DNA from: Squalus acanthias
Lineage: Eukaryota
Assembly (NCBI GenBank): GCA_030390025.1
Contig: CM059436.1
Span: forward strand, 38,130,001-38,194,000
Length of the DNA: 64,000 nucleotides
Direction: 5' to 3'
Under the pieces are notes generated by a model. It made no database searches, was not told the DNA's origin, and worked only from the letters and a program-made list of their open reading frames with translations. Within the stretch, counting starts at the first letter, position 1; the number at the start of each line of letters is the position of its first letter. Positions 59,277 to 64,000 of the stretch are shown here, piece by piece. The position numbers were made by a program, and so were the translations under genes.

Positions 59277-59395
59277 AGCAAAATACTGCGGATGCTGGAA
59301 AGCTGAACTAAAAACAGAAATACTCAGCAGGTCAGGCAGCATCTGTAGAGAGAGAAACAGAGTTAACGTTTCAGGTCGATGACCCTTTGTCAGAA
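59277..59395 (-). mobile_element. Penelope-like terminal fragment with minimal hammerhead motif
   Basis: rc TTCTGACAAAGGGTCATCGACCTGAAACGTTAACTCTGTTTCTCTC..GATGCTGCCTGACCTGCTGAGTATTT..CCAGCATCCGCAGTATTTTGCTT. Confidence 0.7.
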
Positions 59396-62300
59396 TTTTT
59401 TACAATCTGTTTTTCAATTTCCTCCACAGCGTAGTGTCCCCAACTCACCACAGGCCTCCACCCACTAACCTTTCTTTCTCATGAAGATTTTAAAGATATT
59501 TTAGATAGCAAGGTTCACTTTCCCCTAATCAGTTTATATGCTATACACCTGCACAAATGTGAGAAGGTAACAGTTAAGGACACTACACAAAATATATTGT
59601 TTACTGAAGGGTCCAATCCAATAAATGATTTAAGGTACTTACCCTCTAGTTCCGCACTAAAGGCAGCTGAAAAAGTTAGGGCTAGTGAATTCAGGAGTGA
59701 GTTATAAGTGATAATTACTTCTGAACAACTTCCCTGGCCCTGAATAATGAATTTTACAAATGTGGAGTCTCATTCCCTCAGAAGAAAATTAATGTGTCAG
59801 ATTTTTTTTTTAAAGTATTTTTTTACTTTTTCTGTTTGCCTCTTTTATGTCTCTCTCTCTTAATTCCATCTGTATTTTCCAATCTTTATTTTGCTTCCTG
59901 TACATGATTTAAATGTAATTTATGTTTCCTGTTTTTTACTTCCTAGTTTGCAGTCTGCGTGGCTCAGTGAGGATACTTCAATCTGATTGGTTGAAGAGCC
60001 TCACTGTTGCTTGTTCTACTCACAGACACCACAGATTCCCTGCAGAGGGTGCCTCGTTGAAACAGATGCTGGATTAGTGGAAATCCCTGCTGACAAGCCC
60101 TCACAAAGTCTGTGGGCAACTGTATGCAAGGTGAACAGCGAAAGCCGAAAGCCGAAAGCCGAAAGCCATTCCTTCGCCACTGAGAGCAAAATCCGGGCCA
60201 TTGTCTTTTCATCAAGCTATACTGCTTTATGAAATGAGGATCTAATTAAAGGCCACTAATTAAGCTGTCCTGGCATCTTGATTTGATGAAGAGTCAGTGT
60301 TAGTGTTGACTTTGTTCCAGTTTTTCCAGACATTGTTATTTTGTAATAGTGTAATGTGTCAGTTTTAATTCATGTGGAAATGAAATTATCCCATTTATAA
60401 AATCACAGCCATTAAATAAATTGCATCTGGATTGATTTAAATATATCTGAAATTCAGTGATGCCTGAGAAAATGATCAATGCGAGTGGTAACTATAGCTT
60501 TGAGTGCACTCTGGAAAAAGGCAAATAAATTTAATTTAACACCAATAAACCAAATATTTTAGCTCACCTGCTGAATCATTGCGACCTTACTGTCTGCTAA
60601 GTTAACTGTAGTATCCAACTAATTTTATCATACATTTTTTATAATTTTATCATACATTTTTAACTTCATATCAACTACTGTAACTGCAATAAATGCTGGC
60701 CTTGCCAGCGTCACCCACATCCCAGGCACAAATAAAAAATATTTAAAAAGTGTCAATCAGAATTGAAACATAACTTTACAAAAGCAATATTCTGACCAAA
60801 AAGCTGACCCTATTTGATTTCACTTCTATCATTGCCTTAGGCTTTGTGTTTACAACCAAACAGTAAAGTATAATTTAGCTGTTTAGAACGTTCCTATTAA
60901 TTTGTTTTAAAGACTAATATCCTTTACTCTAACAGGAACGTTTCGGAGCTGCATTCTCCTCTTCAGGGTGGAGTTCTAGCAGAATGAGACTTCCGCTGGC
61001 CCCTCTGAAGCTGATTCAACCCCAAGTGAGGCACAGCAGATTCCAACAGCCAAGGGAGAGTCCGCCTTTACCTGGCCACAAAATCCTGGTGGTGTTGCAG
61101 CAGGAAAAACAGGTCATGGCCGTGGTAGGCCCACCGCTGGAATTTCCTGCCCATTCCCTGCTGCTATAACAAAAGAAGAAAAAGGCAAGAGAGAACTGGG
61201 GGACAAAAGAGAGAAGCAAAGAGTTAAAGGGAGAAGAGAAGCAGAAGAGCTGAGAGAGACAGAAACAGAAAAGGAGAGAAAGAGAGAATAGCAACACGAA
61301 GACAGCAGAGACAGGTAACAGAGTGACTATATTTTCGAACCTACACTGTGCAATGCCACAGGAGATGAGAATATTATAGAACCACCTGAGGCCTAGTATG
61401 GGAAGAGGTGGTTGGCTGCTGCTCGGGTACAAAATGGCATGAATGGCTCTCATCTCATTCCAGCTAAGTCCTGGGATGGACTCACTATGGCCTGCATGTC
61501 TTGTATGATTGCCTGGGCAGTCTGGCCCTGCCCTACGTGCTATTTTGTTGGGCCACCATGGGGCTAAGCCAGAGGCCTGTCATGTGTTGCTCTCCTGAGA
61601 AACCAGCTGAACCACTGGTACTGTGCCCAGTTTCTGCCTGGCCACTGATCAGCTGGATGGCAGATCACATGCCTTCCAACAAATGGTGGGCACATTGCAC
61701 AGTCGGAGTTCCCAGTACGTTGTGGTTGCCATCTATTGGTAACCATTGGATCTGCCATCTTGCTCATCAGTGACCACCCAGAACCTGGGCACAGTACCAG
61801 TGGTGCAGCTGAAACCCCTGAAAAAATGACTTCTGGAACCCAATCCCATGTGTCTGAAGGCCAAAATGCAGGGCTCTCTAAGCCTCTGCCTTAGGGCTTC
61901 CAGAGCGGCATTCTGTGCTTCCAATGTGGAGGAAGCACCAACTTATCCTCGAGCACTGCTGTGAGGGGGGATGGTTGCAGTCTACAATGAAGCTGCCCAT
62001 GCTCCATTGAGCTCTACAGCAAGGAAAAGGTTTCCCTGATATTGCTGCATATGGGGTCAGTGGACTGAATCAAGACTCCTGCCACATGCTGCATAACCTG
62101 GAAGAGCGACTGTAGTCCTGCACCTAGGTATGATGTTCATCAAGCAACCTTCTTTTCAAAGCAGAACCTATGAGAGCTGAGTATGCAGCCTCCACCATCA
62201 CCATCACAGGCTTTCACTGCCGCGTACCTCCCAAAGCTCGATAGCCTGGTCCTCAAAGTCTGTCATCTCTCATGTCTGCCTTTCCTGGGCATTGTGTGCC

Positions 62301-62638
62301 AATTTTCCTGGAACAATATTGACAGCAGTAGGTGATGGTAAGCATCAAAAGGGAACCTCCCAGGTTGAATATTCTGCCCAAATCTGGAGAAAGCGCAACA
62401 CAACACATATCATTTGTGTGGTTATCATGCCCAGGGCTAGGATCTGTAATATTTGTTTTCACTTTTGTCACCTAGTTTCAGCATCAGGCACCTCCAGGTC
62501 AGATGTAGCAAGAATTAGATGCAACATCAAGCTCCCTCTACTCTGTCTTACTCCTAACCACAATAGAACACTCCTACTGCACTGGTGCGGCCTTTTCCTT
62601 TAGTCACACACGGTACCTATCCTTAAAAGTTTATCTTA

Positions 62639-62741
62639 GGGGATGTATTTATGCCATTTCAGCCATTTTTACAGGGTTTCCACAGCCCTTCCCCGAAGTT
62701 ATGGAGGACGAGCAGGAGAACCCTCACGGAAATTTATCCCC
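62639..62741. mobile_element. 103-bp Tourist/Harbinger-like MITE
   Basis: TIRs GGGGATGTATTT / AAATTTATCCCC (10/12); TTA TSD at 62636-62638 and 62742-62744. Confidence 0.6.
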
Positions 62742-64000
62742 TTAGTCTTAGATTCTGCCCTCCCATTTCTTAAACATTTTCAAAGCTCCCAGTTGCTGCT
62801 TGATTAGAGCTTGTGAAGATGATTGAATTCTTAAGGAGCTGCTGTTGCTCATTTTTGTCCCCCCTTAAAATCCTGAAGTCATTGTGCACAATTAAACCCT
62901 TCAATTAGGGAGGGGGTCTTATCTGCACACAGTTTTCCCATTCTTTTGTAGACTTTCAAAATGTGAGGATAACGTGGCAACAGGTTTAGCCTTGGCCTCG
63001 GCCTCCAGAGACCCCCTCCCCCGAGCTCAGATGCAACTTCACTTCTGCTTGAAGGTAAAATCTCAATCTGGATACAAATCCATTTCTGTGCTTTAATATT
63101 GCTAAGTATGTGCGTGTGCAGCAATTGTGCTAGCCAATGGAAGTCTGACCCGTAAAGGGACATCACTTTACTGAGGACCTGTGGTATAGCCTCAGTACCT
63201 GGCAGACACCAGGAACAGAACACTCTGAAAATTCTACAGTCTCGTTGGCAGAAGCGACAAGTTTACTCTGCAACAGTTGCTGCAACATTGTTGTGACGCT
63301 GAATTTCTTTGCAACACAATCCTGGGAGTTCCACAAGGATCATGCCTACCAGTGCACTCCAGTGCTGACCTGTCAGAGTATGCAAGGTCAGTGGGAGCCA
63401 CCTAATTTGCATGGGGCAGGTGGGTGCAAGCGCCACCATGGGCACATCTTTGGCAACCACCCACTCCATGGAGCTGTAAACTCTGGTTCCCGCCAGCTAG
63501 TCGTGGGGGTGGTGGTTTGCATACCTATCCCCCACCAGTGGGGCCCAACTTTGCCCATCTGGAGGTTGCTGTACCTCAACTCACTAGATGTACTGGCTTC
63601 TAGAAAAATCTCAGGTCCTGACTCAGCCAATGGAGCAGGAAATCCCATGGTAGGGAATCCCCGCCCTAGACTCTGTCCCCGCTTAGGGTTGACCAGAAGT
63701 TCTGCACTTGATAAGACATGTCGTAAACTCTTGGGACTAGCAGAGACCCGGCGAAACTGGGTCTCCACTATTTTCTGGGGGATTCCATTAGCCTCATCCT
63801 GCAAGATCCGCTGGGGTCAGTGCTCACTCAGATAAAGAATAAGTATTTTTTTTGGAAAGGGGTAAACTGTATGAAGTTTACGTTGCTTCCTCCAGGAAGG
63901 TGGCTCAGTGACTATCAGACAGTACAAGCCATAACCTGCAAAAACTCTCTGGGTGGTAAAACAGTGGCAGATGCAGATGGCCCTTCCCATTAGTATTTTC

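Noticed and set aside
60139-60167. (CGAAAGC)x4 repeat
   Set aside because: Short local slippage repeat with no associated structure
63245-63835. 196-aa and 138-aa overlapping ORFs
   Set aside because: Only a weak HARBI1-like VTLNFFAT trace; probably decayed transposon sequence

Overview
Repeat-dominated vertebrate genomic DNA, almost certainly from a cartilaginous fish (HE1-type V-SINE, SacSINE1-like Deu-SINEs, abundant shark-type CR1 LINEs). No host protein-coding gene could be supported. The window is a nested mosaic of CR1 and RTE LINEs, PIF/Harbinger transposons (HARBI1-like nuclease plus Myb/SANT partner gene), hAT and Tourist-like MITEs, SINEs, a solo LTR and a 21-bp minisatellite. The most notable element is a 4.75-kb endogenous foamy-virus-like provirus (30259-35009, minus strand). 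It has foamy-type Gag, RNase H and integrase remnants, a PPT, a ~1.7-kb 3' LTR and a perfect 4-bp TSD (GCCT), and it sits inside a Harbinger transposase. It lacks RT, env and the 5' LTR, yet its 5' end is an LTR-terminus look-alike within gag. Also notable are an RTE with a 154-bp TSD, a non-autonomous Harbinger with an intact three-exon 509-aa Myb/SANT coiled-coil gene, and a Penelope-type minimal hammerhead ribozyme remnant. All family assignments come from motif recognition by eye, not database searches.
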